Source of the DNA: Porphyridium purpureum
Taxonomy: Eukaryota
Assembly (NCBI GenBank): GCA_008690995.1
Contig: VRMN01000002.1
Span: 744,001 to 808,000, forward strand
Reading direction: 5' to 3'
DNA: 64,000 nucleotides
Shown: positions 32,407-45,148 of the stretch, piece by piece
Numbering within the stretch: position 1 is the stretch's first letter
Layout: each line of letters starts with the position of its first letter
Notes under the pieces: model-generated
The model's input: only the letters and a program-made list of their open reading frames with translations
What the model was told of the DNA's origin: nothing
Databases searched by the model: none
Position numbers and translations under genes: made by a program

Positions 32407-32420
32407 GGGAGAGAGAGAGA
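32371..32420. repeat. (GA)n microsatellite
   Basis: Seen directly. Confidence 0.85.
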
Positions 32421-32974
32421 CGGTTGTTTGTATGTGTTGGGGTCAAGTGGTTTTTGTTTACACACGTTGGTGATCGCGCGTGTCCTCATGATTCCGGAGT
32501 GCGGAGTCCCGATTCCAGCGTTCGAGCCATCGCCGGACGCGTCGCGCGAGCAGACGAATCAAAACCCAACAACCGCCTAAACCATGATGATGCAGTTGGT
32601 GCGCCGGTTGCGTCACGCGTCAAGGCAAACAAAATCAGCTTCCACGACCACATGACGCGCGTGAAGGCGCAGGACGCGAGCACGACATGCCGACACGCAA
32701 CGCGATGACGTGTTCCAGCCGTGCGCGCAACGCGAGCGGCACGGCGGTGTGCTGGAAGCACGCGCGCTCGCCCCCTAGTGAGGCGGCAACGGTGGAGGTA
32801 CAGCGAGGCACTGCACCCCCACGACGATGTCGGTACAGTAACACATTGCACCTCCACGTCGATGGAGGTACAGCTCGGCGCTCTCAGGTTCCATGTGGAA
32901 GGACGAGGGGTTAAAGACGCAGCGTGCGAGCTGGCATGCGCGCAGGGACGGGAGGCAGCGAGAGTGGTCGGTAA

Positions 32975-34087
<1,113 letters not shown>

Positions 34088-34433
34088 CCCTTCCATCCTT
34101 TGCTAAGACATGTTCAGATAAAACGAAAGCGAGCCTGCGTGGTCCTCCCTCCTTTCATTGAGAAAGACGACGCGCGAAAGAAGCTGTGTCTCGCGTCTGT
34201 GCCACGGGTCCAACACGGCCAGAGCACTTCAAGCTCTTTGCTGGCGGTTGCTGGGCGTGCGCATTACGGATGCAACACCGTGAAAAGCATGCGGCCGTCC
34301 TGAAAACAGGTGGCACGAGCCAGTCGTCGCATGCATCAACGCTGAACACGGATCTGCACCGAATCATTCAATGCACTGAGTCTCCCTCAAATGCCTGCGC
34401 AACGCGAATTCAACACGCGGTTTCAGCTCCGCT

Positions 34434-36764
34434 TCAGCACCGTTCAAAGACCTTGTACAATTTGTCCAGCGTCGACAGTATCACAAAGTGACTTCCTTGC
34501 TCAAGCTGTCGAGGTACTGAAAAGTCTTGCCGCATCAACGCAAGCGCACTGTAGTTGAGCATCCGCTCGTATTCGCGAAACGGCGCGCTCGCGCGGGTAG
34601 TGAGCGATTCGCCATTTGGCAGAGCGTAATAATTCGCCAGTGTCTCCGCGATGGCGTGCAAGCACGGCTTCTCAACCGAATAGTCTATCATGAAAGCCAG
34701 GTCGTGCATCAAGTCAGGCCACCAAGCCGGGTCTGGCGAGTGCAAAGGCAAAACACTTGGCATCGACACCAGATGGCCGTCTCGAATTTCGATCGAAAAA
34801 TAGTCCGACAAAAGGCCTGCACGCTCATTGAGAATTCGGAGAGCGTCAGCAACAGACGCACTCTTTTCTCGCTCTGTGTCTCTATCTCTGTCGGCGGTTC
34901 CGTCGCGCAACCGCAAAAGATGCTCGACCGACAGTGCAGGCTCTAGTTGCATCTGGTCTAGGTTTGAGAAGCGATGCAGTATGATTTGGTACACCAGCGC
35001 GCGCAAAAGCGAATACACCCTTAGCAGCACCACCCGAGACTGGTGCTGAACAACACAGAACCATTGCTCGTCTTGCACGAACGCACCGACAAAGACGTGT
35101 TCCCGGAGAAGGCGCTCGAGCTCGGCGCTCGAATCTGCCCGGCTCTCATCCAATAACTCGTGGATACTGTCAAGCAGCGGCGGTGCGCCGCTCGTGCGCA
35201 AGCGGGCCCTTTTCACGGCGGCACTGCTACTTATCACATCATGATTGCTGCCTGGTTGGCACTCCCGATCACCATCGCGTTCAGGTGCATCGTTTTCTTC
35301 CTCTGCATCTGCGTCAAGACCTTCCGGGGTTGCTGCGTTCGTATAGCTCCTGCAATGTCTAGTCTTCATGGAAAGCCGCCCGGTATCGTGCGATAAGTAG
35401 GGCTCAATTGATCCCAACGGATTCTTCGAGTCTGTGCGGACGCGCAAGTGCGCCGGAACGTTCTCTACGTGCTGTTGCCGTTGCTGCGAAAGACTCAAGT
35501 TCGAAGCCTTCTTTTGGGGCTGAAAATCCGCTTCTTCGTCATCCGCACCTTCCGGGCACGCAGGATTGGAAAGCTGTCTCTTCTGCTGAGCTGTTTGCTC
35601 GGCGCGAGTCCCGGTGGGCAGCGGTTGAGTGAGGACACCCTGGACCAAATATGTCCGCGACGTCTGGGCAGACTTTAAGCGATCGCTTACTTTCTGTGAC
35701 AAGCTCTGAAGGAGCGCGTTGAGGTGTAAAAGCTGCACCTCGCTCTTTGTTGGATGAATATTTGCATCCACGTCTTCCGGAGGCATACTGACGTCCAAAT
35801 ATGCAAACGGGTACGTACCCTTGGGCAGCAAGTCCCCGTAGACCGCCAGCAGCGCTCTCTTGATCGGTGCACAGTTCACCAACCGCCCGTTTATGAAGCA
35901 CACAAAAACAAATCGCTTGGCGTTGTAGTTGGCGTTTGACACCAAACACGAGCCCGAGATGTGTACTTCTGGGAGCACGACGGACAGTTCGGTCAGTTCC
36001 TGAGCAATAGAGGACCCGTACACCGTACGCACCACGCTTCGCGCATCATCACATCCAGTAGTGCGTAAATCAACCAGAACGCCTCCACTTGCGCCGCCAC
36101 CAGCCCCTCCGGATGTCACAGCACCAGTCTTCTTGCACGTGAACGACTTGCGGTGATGTCGAATGGCGTATTTGCCAACTACATCCAGCACAGCTCGATA
36201 TTCCTCACTAGCTGGCCGCATGCTCCGGCGTCGAGTGGGCATATTGTAGAAAAGGTCTTCAACAACGATCGTTGTGCCTGGGTTACCGGCGACCTTCTTC
36301 GGAAATCCGGCCACCAATTCGCCGTCATGGTATGCCGCCTCAAGCGCGTGCGTGTGCTCTCGTACCATACTGACCACCTTGACGCGCGCCACTTGCGAAA
36401 TACTGGCGAGTGCCTCGCCGCGAAAGCCATACGTATGCGCAGTGCGGAGATCCTGAAGCGACGCGATTTTCGAAGTCGCGTGGCGTTGGCAAAGCAGCGG
36501 CAAATCGTACGCCGCAATGCCTCGCCCGTCATCGCTCACATGCAGAGAAATATGCATACCTGCTGCGCGGACACACACAGACACATTCACCGACGTTGCA
36601 TCGGCATCCAGCGCGTTCTCGAGCAGCTCTTTGACTGCACCGGCGAGATCGACCACCGCCTCGCCCGCTGCGATGCTGCGCACAACATCTTCTGGAAGCA
36701 CCCGAATGGGGCCCCTCGCTCTTTCGTGCACTGGAGCTGCGCTTGGAACGCCACCAGAGCTCAT
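34434..36764 (-). CDS. MLH1: DNA mismatch repair protein MLH1
   Basis: IAAGE, KELLENALDA, DDGRGI, RHATSK, TYGFRGEALASIS, HPTKSEV and C-terminal LYKVFERC. Confidence 0.96.
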   Translation of the reverse strand: MSSGGVPSAAPVHERARGPIRVLPEDVVRSIAAGEAVVDLAGAVKELLENALDADATSVNVSVCVRAAGMHISLHVSDDGRGIAAYDLPLLCQRHATSKIASLQDLRTAHTYGFRGEALASISQVARVKVVSMVREHTHALEAAYHDGELVAGFPKKVAGNPGTTIVVEDLFYNMPTRRRSMRPASEEYRAVLDVVGKYAIRHHRKSFTCKKTGAVTSGGAGGGASGGVLVDLRTTGCDDARSVVRTVYGSSIAQELTELSVVLPEVHISGSCLVSNANYNAKRFVFVCFINGRLVNCAPIKRALLAVYGDLLPKGTYPFAYLDVSMPPEDVDANIHPTKSEVQLLHLNALLQSLSQKVSDRLKSAQTSRTYLVQGVLTQPLPTGTRAEQTAQQKRQLSNPACPEGADDEEADFQPQKKASNLSLSQQRQQHVENVPAHLRVRTDSKNPLGSIEPYLSHDTGRLSMKTRHCRSYTNAATPEGLDADAEEENDAPERDGDRECQPGSNHDVISSSAAVKRARLRTSGAPPLLDSIHELLDESRADSSAELERLLREHVFVGAFVQDEQWFCVVQHQSRVVLLRVYSLLRALVYQIILHRFSNLDQMQLEPALSVEHLLRLRDGTADRDRDTEREKSASVADALRILNERAGLLSDYFSIEIRDGHLVSMPSVLPLHSPDPAWWPDLMHDLAFMIDYSVEKPCLHAIAETLANYYALPNGESLTTRASAPFREYERMLNYSALALMRQDFSVPRQLEQGSHFVILSTLDKLYKVFERC

Positions 36765-37028
36765 GGAGACCGAGTGCAATCGCCGTGGTTCATATTCCGC
36801 GATACAGACTAGCTACCTTTCGTAAAGTCGAATTTTTCTTGCTGGGCGCGCAAAAGGTCGAGCGCGAGCCAAACAAAGCCGATGAGGAGTGTTCGTTTTC
36901 CTTTTCTTTTAATTGATATGTCCACATCTGCCCTTACCGGCAAGCGAGTAGGCAAGTGAGTAACAGCCTACGGCAGCGGCGCCGAACGGCGCGCAACCCA
37001 GGTTGGGTCTCCGTCTTGGCGCTGGGGG

Positions 37029-38576
37029 TTACATGTATACATATTCTCGAAGTGCCGCATTTCTGTTCGGGTGTCTCAGCTTGCGAAGAGCCTTGGATTC
37101 AATTTGTCTAATCCTCTCCCGTGTCACCGAAAACATGTTCCCGATTTGTTCCAGCGTCTTCATCCTGCCGTCGTCGAATCCAAAACGCATGCGCACCACA
37201 TCTCGCTCGCGCGGGGTCAGTGTCTCCAAAACTGCCTCCAAATCTTCTCGGAGCAGCGATTTTGTAACATCCTGCTCGGGTGTGTCCCGGTCGCACTCGA
37301 TAAAGTTGGCCAGCGTCGAGTCGCCGTCATCACCGATAGGTGTTTCGAGCGAAACCGTGGAGCGAGCTACACGCATCATAAACTGCAGCTTCTCCAGCGG
37401 TAGGCACATTCTTTCGGCAAGCTCCTCCTCTGTCGGAGCGCGTCCAAGTCCCTGCTGAAGCTCCTTCGAGTACCGGCGCACGTGCGCCAGCGTGTCATTC
37501 ACGTGCACGGGGAGTCTGATCGGGCGCGAGTGGTCCGAAATGGCGCGCGTCATTGCCTGGCGAATCCACCACGTGGCATACGTCGAAAATTTGAATCCCT
37601 TGTCTGCATCAAACTTTTCTGTGCCACGAATCAGCCCCACCGAACCCTCCTGGATTAGGTCTTGAAACGTGAGGCCTCGATTCAAGTATCGCTTGGCGAT
37701 TGAGACCACCAGCCTCAAATTGGCCGCCACCATTTGCTCCTTTGCGCGACGACCCTGGTGCAGCGCTACGCGGAACTCGGACAGCTCGACGTTGCAACGC
37801 GCCGCCCATTCCGGCTCGGTTGGCTCACGGTCGAACAGCTCCCGGAACTCTTCAAATTCCCGCTCAAATTTGAGCAGCTGCTTGATTTTGCTGCATAAAG
37901 CCGACTCGCTCTCCGAGTTGAGCAGCGTGTACTCGCCGATTTCCTGCAAGTACGCCTTGACCGAGTCCTGCTGTCCCCGAGATCGCCTCTTGATCTTCCC
38001 ATTTGTCGTCTCTGATGAGCTGCTGCTCTTTTTCTTCTTCTTCAGCTTCTTCAAGCTCCCCGGTCGGGCCGTCGTGATCGTCGCGGACGCCTCCTCGAAG
38101 TCGTCATAGTCCACGTCCGACTCTGAATCTTCAAGAGGTGCAGGGGCGGTCACGACCGCGCCCGCGGCCCTCGTGCCAGTCCTTAATTTTGGAACGTCGT
38201 CCTCGGTCAGGCGCAGTCTCCTTTCCAGACGCAAGCGCTCGTTCCGCAGCTGCTCGTCCTCGCGCGCCGGCACGATGCCGCCGGGCGAGGACGAGACAGC
38301 AGTGGCCTCGCGCTCCTGCGTGACCGCGGCGCTCATGACCTGATCGACCTTGCGGCGCAATTGGCGCGGCTTGGGCGCCTGCGCGCCGCCTTTACTGTTG
38401 CGCGACAGCGGAATGCGCTTGCCCATGCCGGCTGCCTGCACCATGACGACGCCATTCTGCAGACCCGCCGCATCGCACACAGTTGCCACCGACACGGCCA
38501 CCACGGGCGCGCCCCAACTTCTCCTGCCGGCCACGCTCACATGTGAGCTACTCACATACGCCGTCATCTCGCCCAT
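37029..38576 (-). CDS. Nuclear-encoded plastid RNA polymerase sigma-70 factor
   Basis: [51 protein letters not shown]; transit peptide (MTAYVSS). Start at ATG 38576 or 38567. Confidence 0.95.
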   Translation of the reverse strand: MGEMTAYVSSSHVSVAGRRSWGAPVVAVSVATVCDAAGLQNGVVMVQAAGMGKRIPLSRNSKGGAQAPKPRQLRRKVDQVMSAAVTQEREATAVSSSPGGIVPAREDEQLRNERLRLERRLRLTEDDVPKLRTGTRAAGAVVTAPAPLEDSESDVDYDDFEEASATITTARPGSLKKLKKKKKSSSSSETTNGKIKRRSRGQQDSVKAYLQEIGEYTLLNSESESALCSKIKQLLKFEREFEEFRELFDREPTEPEWAARCNVELSEFRVALHQGRRAKEQMVAANLRLVVSIAKRYLNRGLTFQDLIQEGSVGLIRGTEKFDADKGFKFSTYATWWIRQAMTRAISDHSRPIRLPVHVNDTLAHVRRYSKELQQGLGRAPTEEELAERMCLPLEKLQFMMRVARSTVSLETPIGDDGDSTLANFIECDRDTPEQDVTKSLLREDLEAVLETLTPRERDVVRMRFGFDDGRMKTLEQIGNMFSVTRERIRQIESKALRKLRHPNRNAALREYVYM

Positions 38577-38788
38577 GCAGCGCACGCTCCTTCCACCCCA
38601 GCCCTTCTCTCTCCCCACCGTCCCCAACCCTCCCCTTCCAACCGCCGTTCGTTCCCCACCCCAACCCCCCGTTCCCACCCCACACCCTCTCCACTCCCCA
38701 GCACGCCGTTCTCCCCTTCCCTCTTCCCTCCGTCTCCCTCCCTCTTTCTCTCTCTCCACATCTACCCGTCGTCGTCCCCCCCCCCTCT

Positions 38789-38813
38789 CTTCTTCTTCTT
38801 CTTCTTCTTCTTC
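38789..38813. repeat. (TTC)n microsatellite in the pyrimidine-rich region upstream of the sigma factor
   Basis: Seen directly. Confidence 0.8.
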
Positions 38814-39609
38814 TCTCCCATGTAGCCAACAGCAGCTACACACGGCGATGCACACTACACAACATCATCACGTTGGTTCGGCCGGCTTGCGCGAGAGAGA
38901 GAGAGCGTGCTCGCATGGCTTATTGGCTTTCTTGCTTTCTTGTGCTGGCTTTCGCATTCTTTTCCTATTCAAAACCCCCCACCACATCAACCACGCCAAC
39001 AAGATCACATTCATCCATTCACCCAACAGATCGTGTGTGTTTATCAAAAGGATCAAAGAACAACAAGACCAAGAAAGCGGGGGAAATGGGGGGAACGTGC
39101 AAAGAGCCCCGCAAAAAAAGGTGAGAATCATCATCACGCCACGCGGCCATGTGGTGATTGTCGGCGGCATGTCGGGCGAAGCTTTGGAGGGCGTCGGCCG
39201 CGCACAGCAGTAAGCTGCCGCGCTACCAAAACGGGCGCGTTTGGCTACGAAGCAACAGTTAGGCAATCACGCGCTTTCCACCCGGGGGGTTTTGGCGCAC
39301 GCGCCGCGCGCGCAATACGGCATTGCATTGCCATGCCGCCCAAAAATACACAGCAGCGCACGCGCAACGGGCTACTTGGTTCTCGCCGCAGGTACAGCAG
39401 CGCGGCACGCACTGTACTTGTGCGCGGTACTGTGTGCGTCAGAAGAAGTGTACACCCTCCGGTAGGGTACAGTTTGGATGTACACTGATTCTCGCGCGGA
39501 ACCCTACGTGAGCAAGAAAAGGCACGAAGGGGAGAGAGAGCAGGCTGGTGGTTCACGGGGGTGATGGCATGGAAGCACGGAAGCGCGGAAGCGGGACAGA
39601 GTAAGGACC

Positions 39610-40620
39610 ATGTACGTGGCATTTGTTGGCGCGCACGCAGCAGCGAGGATACCCCGCCACGAGGTGGGAAGATTCGGCTGCGCGATCTCGGTGCGGAATG
39701 GCCGCGCAGCGGATTGTGCGCGCTCCGGCGTCCCGCGGCTCCGTCGGACACGGCATGCGCTGCGATTGAGCATGCACGATGGCGCCGAGAACACGGCTGG
39801 CCGCGTCGACATAGACGCGCCCCCGCAGCTGACAGAGTTTGACGCGGAGCGCGATTTTGCGTGGGTGGGCCAGCAGGTCCAAGCTTGGCTGGACGCCGAG
39901 TTCATCCCTCAGACCTGCCACGCTCAGATTGGGTCGGCATGCACGGAGATTCTGCAGAAGTTTGTGGCAGACGCTTCCGAGCCGCAAGCCTCGGACATGG
40001 ACACGGACATGGCTGCCGCGGTCCTCCACGTCGCCGTCTCCCTGCAGGAACGGCCCGTGTTTGCTGATGCGTTTGTTGGTCCTTTCGACGTGGCAAACAA
40101 GGTTTCCGAGCTCTTGTTTCGGCGCGCGAATCGAGAAGTGTGCTCGTGCGACCAGTCAGATGATGAGCGTGACCGCGCACACACCGAAACCGTGATCCGC
40201 AAAATTCGCGTCGCGCAAAGCGATGCGCTTCAACGAATGCTATTTATGCGAGAGATTGTCGAGTGCTTGCGCACAGATCACGCGGATTTTGAGGTGCTCA
40301 ACATATGTCTGTGGCTCGCACTGGGTTTCGAGTACGATGCGTCGACCGGAGCTTGGGACGGCGCACGCGTAGAAAGACAAGAGGTCCTCGATCTCATGGC
40401 GAACAGTGCAACGCCGCCCGACTTTATGCGCAGCAAACCCGCGCTCGCTATTCTCGAGCGCGATATTGAGGAAGACGACCGCGTCGAGGAAGGCATTGCC
40501 GAATACATGGAGACGCTGGCTGGTCGGGACTTGGTCAAGGCACTCGAGAAGAAAAATACCGAGTCCTTTGCCCTTCGATCAACTGCGGTTGGATGGCTTC
40601 ATAACTTTGGCGACTGGTAG
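39610..40620 (+). CDS. Plastid protein of unknown function with two cyanobacterial-type domains (C-terminal DUF1823-like)
   Basis: MYVAFVG transit peptide; WLDAEFIP...FDVANKVSELL domain; then LWLALGFEYDASTGAWD...PPDFM...TAVGWL. Confidence 0.8.
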   Translation: MYVAFVGAHAAARIPRHEVGRFGCAISVRNGRAADCARSGVPRLRRTRHALRLSMHDGAENTAGRVDIDAPPQLTEFDAERDFAWVGQQVQAWLDAEFIPQTCHAQIGSACTEILQKFVADASEPQASDMDTDMAAAVLHVAVSLQERPVFADAFVGPFDVANKVSELLFRRANREVCSCDQSDDERDRAHTETVIRKIRVAQSDALQRMLFMREIVECLRTDHADFEVLNICLWLALGFEYDASTGAWDGARVERQEVLDLMANSATPPDFMRSKPALAILERDIEEDDRVEEGIAEYMETLAGRDLVKALEKKNTESFALRSTAVGWLHNFGDW

Positions 40621-41461
40621 GTCCAGCAAAGCCGTCATCTGGGGCGAGTAGACGGATCCGGTCTTGTCTCGTGTTGGATCAAGGCGCCGCCAGACGCGGC
40701 CGCGCGCGGGTGGCGGAAAGCAGTGGAAGAAACGAGCTGCACCGCAAGTGTTTGCCGTTTCAGTTGATGCATTGGGGGATTCAATTTTTTTCAAATGCTG
40801 GATGGTGACTTGGGGGTCATTTGAATTTGAACAAAAGTGTACCCGTCGACCCGGCAGTGTTCAAGCCATTCCTAGAGCGGCCTGGATAGACGGGATGTTC
40901 GTATGTGCCATGCCGACCAAGGAAATGAACGGCTCTTTCGTGGACAGGATGAGACCTGTTCATGGTGCCAACGTGACGAGATGCATGCGTGTCGCGCGGA
41001 TCTGACAGATGCCATTCGTGTTGCCGCGGTGGCGATCCGGCATTAGAGCCTATGCGCCTGCCTGGTGAATGCTTCGTCTGGCTAAAATTAGCTATGCTCT
41101 GCGGGGCGTGGCCGTCGTGGGCAAAGGTGAAAATGCCATGGCGCGCCACGCAGGGCGACGTCGGTTCTTTAAATAGATCACGCACGTCAAGCTGCTGGCC
41201 GCTTCTGCTCGCCGCATCCGTGGACGACTGCATTTTCAAACTTGCCGACCCTGCGTGCTTCGCGGCAGGTATGTGGGTATATAAGCGGCGCACGCGGGCA
41301 GATGTGGTCCCAGTCTTGCGCCAGACAGCTTTCTAGACCCAAGGACAATCAAAATAAGAACGCATCGAGAGCTGTCGGTAACGAGGAGGAATCACGGAGT
41401 GTTTGGAGGGGCAGTGATTGCTTCCGCGACAGGAATCCGTTTACCGATCAGCCGATTCATC

Positions 41462-42316
41462 ATGTCGATGTCTTTCATGTTCATCGTCCTGTCTGTCCTG
41501 ATCGTGGGCCTGGGAGGTCTGGATCCTGCAGGGGCCACTCCCATATCCTTGTCTCATGTTTTCCGCAAGGCAGCTGATGTTGCACCCACGGATGTCTGGC
41601 AGTCGACAGTGAACTACAGCAAGGTGATGGCCGAGGACATGATTGGATTTTTCTTGGACAATGGAGACGCCCGACTGTACCCCAGTCTTGGCTCTGAAGA
41701 TGGAATGCCGGCAAGTCGATGGGCATACGCGACTTTGACACCTCTGGTGCCACAGGCGCCACAGGCGCCACAGACACCGCAGCTCTCGGACGTTCCGGCA
41801 GAACCGGTTCACAACCCTCAATTCTCCGGCAGTCCGCAGCAGCCGGATACACCAGCTACCCCGCCGCAGCAGCCCGGCACACCAGCTACCCCGCCGCAGC
41901 AGCCCGGCACACCAGCGCAGGAAGAGCCGACTGGAGCGGGAAGTGGTGATGCGGAGGGCATGGCTCAGGCTGCTCTGCAGTACACCAATGATTTTCGCGC
42001 GCAGCAAGGTATGGAACCACTTGCATATGACGCAACGCTAGTGAGTCTTGCGCTTGCTCATTCGCAAAGTATGCCGTCGACGGGTTTTCAGCACTCGGAT
42101 TTGTCCAGCCTGACCGCGCCAGGTCTGTTTGTAGCAGCTGAAAATATTGCAATGTCCTCTGACACAAGTGACCCCGCTCGAGGCTCCGTCGACCAGTGGA
42201 TTGGAAGCCCGGGGCATGCGCAGAATATGGCCGGCCCGTATACGCACTGCGGGGTGGGTATCTTTATTGATGGATCTGGATACTGGGCGACCCAGATATT
42301 TGGAACGGCATCGTGA
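41462..42316 (+). CDS. Secreted CAP/SCP (PR-1-like) domain protein
   Basis: Signal peptide, Pro/Gln linker, TNDFRAQQG..PL.YD, AENIA, WIGSPGHAQNM, HCGVG, YWATQIF. TATA-like element at ~41278. Confidence 0.9.
   Translation: MSMSFMFIVLSVLIVGLGGLDPAGATPISLSHVFRKAADVAPTDVWQSTVNYSKVMAEDMIGFFLDNGDARLYPSLGSEDGMPASRWAYATLTPLVPQAPQAPQTPQLSDVPAEPVHNPQFSGSPQQPDTPATPPQQPGTPATPPQQPGTPAQEEPTGAGSGDAEGMAQAALQYTNDFRAQQGMEPLAYDATLVSLALAHSQSMPSTGFQHSDLSSLTAPGLFVAAENIAMSSDTSDPARGSVDQWIGSPGHAQNMAGPYTHCGVGIFIDGSGYWATQIFGTAS
41834..41916 (+). repeat. In-frame 30-nt tandem repeat (PQQPGTPATP)
   Basis: About 2.7 copies seen directly. Confidence 0.85.
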
Positions 42317-42948
42317 GGATGCCGGCCACGCAGGTGATACACCGTGACGCGCGTTTCCGGTTTTGCGTCGCGGGAAAATTATCCAGATGTACTGGATAGG
42401 ACATGTGCGGTGTACAGATACGTGCGCGCGCATGCGCTTGGAAGATTATGAATCAAATGAAACGAATTGGAATGAAATCGACGGCTTGCCAGGAAATAAA
42501 AACATGGAAAAGAAATGGACGCTACTGGAATTGACGAGACCGGATGAACTCGGAAGTATGCGAAAACGCACGCTGAATCTGGCATCTCTGCTCGCCCTTC
42601 CCGGGCCTGCGGTGGCACGGTTCGTCATGCAACGACAACAACCACCTCTACCAATGCAGCACCGGCAGCTTTGCTTCGGCGCAACCAGGACTCCCGTAGC
42701 TGTACTCCCTTCGACAGCGACGCACTGTACCGCACGCGCGGTACACTTGCTGTTCTAGTAAAGCGACGCTGATTTGGTAGAAACGCCAGGCACTATATGT
42801 TTGCGGCAAGTTCCACATGTAATCTCCCGTGATCCAGAAGAGACGGATGAGGAGCGGGTGGCAGAGACGTTGTATGGGTTGGAGCAGGCAGGCGAGCACG
42901 AGGCGGTCAGGGCTTGAGGTTGCGGATCATAGAAAAGTAGAGGCAGAG

Positions 42949-43674
42949 ATGGCGTTTGTGAGCTCTGGGATCTGCGCGCCTGGCGCGTCGGCGATGCGCG
43001 GCGCGGCGCTCGTTTCGGGCCGTGGCGCCTCCGCCGCGATTGCGTCCGCAACGCACCGTCGCGCGCACGTGGCCAGAGTCGGCGGTCAGGTGAGCCGATC
43101 CTTGGGATCGCAGCTGAACATGTCGATCTCCGAGGGCGAGCGCATCAGCATGAACGGCAAGTTTGGCTACATGGACGCGAGCGGCAACATGCAGGAGATC
43201 TCGTACGAACAGCTGTTCGGGAATAAGAAGGTCGCCCTGTTTGCCGTGCCCGGTGCGCTCACGGGCACGTGCACCAAGGCGCACGCGCCCGGTGTGGTCA
43301 AGGTGGCCGCGGACCTTAAGAAGGCTGGCATCGATGAGGTGGTTGTCACCGCAGTAAATGACGTCTTCGTCATGAAGTACTTTGCGGACGTGGTCGGCGC
43401 GGGCGACGTCATGTTCCTGGCAGACGGAGACGCCTCCTTTGCCAAATCGGTTGGCCTGACCAAGGACACCGGCAGCTTTGGCGGTCTCCGTTCGCTGCGC
43501 TACTCCATGCTGGTAAGCAACGGCGTCGTGGTGAAGAAGAACGTCGACCTGGGCGGTTTGGATCAGTCGTCGGGTGAGGTGCTGCTCAAGCAGGTCACCG
43601 AGGCCATGGACCCGCTCGAGAAGTACTGCCAGGACAACGAGGCTGCCGACGAGTGCCGCGTGTACGATAACTAG
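42949..43674 (+). CDS. Plastid type II (Prx5-like) peroxiredoxin with a C-terminal CP12-like tail
   Basis: MAFVS transit peptide, PGALTGTC (PxxxTxxC), VNDVFVM, LADG, RSLRYS; ends DPLEKYCQDNEAADECRVYDN. Confidence 0.93.
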   Translation: MAFVSSGICAPGASAMRGAALVSGRGASAAIASATHRRAHVARVGGQVSRSLGSQLNMSISEGERISMNGKFGYMDASGNMQEISYEQLFGNKKVALFAVPGALTGTCTKAHAPGVVKVAADLKKAGIDEVVVTAVNDVFVMKYFADVVGAGDVMFLADGDASFAKSVGLTKDTGSFGGLRSLRYSMLVSNGVVVKKNVDLGGLDQSSGEVLLKQVTEAMDPLEKYCQDNEAADECRVYDN

Positions 43675-43902
43675 GCCGGAACAAGCAACAAGTGTAGCCT
43701 GATAGCCAGCTGGATTAGCCCCGTGTTTGCGCTTGTTTTCATCTGGGTGTGTGCTTTGTGTGCCTTGTGTCGTATGTCTCACACTTGATTAAAAGGCAGG
43801 AAACATTGATGCTTTTTCCCCTGACCTTCCATGGTTGGAAAAAATCTGTCAAAATAGGCTAGGTAGCGGAGAAAGGTTGGAGAAAAACGAAGGGAAGGAT
43901 AA

Positions 43903-44262
43903 ATGGGTGGCGTGTCCAAGCGAAAGAGCAAGGGCAATAACCGTGCGGCGCGCCACGAGCGTGCCACGCGGCGGTGGCCGGACCAAATTCGGGCCGACTT
44001 GGACGACGGCGAAAGGGCGCGTGTGTTGCGGGAGGAACAGCCGGTGGATTTTGATAAACCGGCGCTCGGTCAGTTTTATTGCGTGGAGTGTGACCGGCAT
44101 TTTGAGTCCGGTGCGACACTGGACAGGCACAGCGCGACCAAGAAGCATCGGCGGCGCGTGAAGGAGCTGCTGGACTCGCCGCCGTACACGCAGAAAGAGG
44201 CCGAGGCCGCGGCCGGCATGGGCGCGGTCGACACCGGGATTCGTGGTGCCGACATGGAGTAG
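43903..44262 (+). CDS. BUD20: Zinc finger protein BUD20/ZNF593 (60S biogenesis)
   Basis: DQIRADL...DFDKPALGQFYCVECDRHF...H...KKHRRRVKEL...PYTQKEAEAAAG. Confidence 0.93.
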   Translation: MGGVSKRKSKGNNRAARHERATRRWPDQIRADLDDGERARVLREEQPVDFDKPALGQFYCVECDRHFESGATLDRHSATKKHRRRVKELLDSPPYTQKEAEAAAGMGAVDTGIRGADME

Positions 44263-44658
44263 GCGGCGCGCAGGCATGCGCAGATGAGGGCTTCGGAGCA
44301 CGCTGAACCTCGAGCTTCTGCAGCGCGGCGCACAATGCCTGTGTGGAACCAATGGACATCGATGTGCTCGAAGCGCGGCGGTCTCGATGTCTGTTTCTGC
44401 CTGCGCGTCCGATTCCATACCGGGGCGCTGTTGGCGACAAGGAACGTGCGGCTATTCCACTAAAGTGTAGTCACGACAGCATAGTTCTGGTCGTCCGCGG
44501 AATCCCGCGCGACGTATGCGGTGGATGATGAGCACATACGCATGCGTGCCACAGTAAGAACACAAGAACACCACCACCACCCACGCATCCCGCGCCTCCC
44601 CACGTGCGCGTCCACCTGCGTCGGCGGACAACGAGGTACAGTACAAACTGACCTTCCG

Positions 44659-44694
44659 GAGTTCAGTGAGTTCAGTGAGTTCAGTGAGTTCAGT
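44659..44694. repeat. GAGTTCAGT x4 tandem repeat
   Basis: Four perfect 9-nt units in the intergenic region. Confidence 0.9.
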
Positions 44695-45148
44695 GCGTGC
44701 AGGGTCATGCTTGCAGTACCTCAGTGTGGGGCGCGACTGTACCTTGTGTTGGGTGGGGCCAGTTCCACGCAGCTGCGTTGCACGGTGTTGGCGCGCGTAT
44801 AAAACAGGAGTGATTTACTAGACGTGAGTCACGCGTTTATACACACGGCCCCAAGCGGCGTGGTGGTGATTGGGGGTGTGGCTTGTTGCGTGACAAAATT
44901 CAGTGCGCGAGCGCGTGTGTCGGTGGCTTTGAGCGGAGCGCATGTGGAAGATTTGAGACGCGCGGCAGCAACTGTGGCGGGCAATGCGAAGAAGCGGGAG
45001 AGAGAGTGTAGGAGAGGTTGTGCTTGGTGAGGAGCAGTGAGAGTGGGTGGGGGGTGCGAGACGACGTCGAGGTGGAGGTCGCGCACGTCGACAGCGCGGG
45101 GGAGAAGCGACGGGAGAGGCATTGGACACATACAGAGGCGCTCACGCG

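Noticed and set aside
40664..41336. Several 110-160 aa ORFs between the DUF1823-like and CAP genes
   Set aside because: No motifs, mutually overlapping frames; more likely UTR and promoter sequence.
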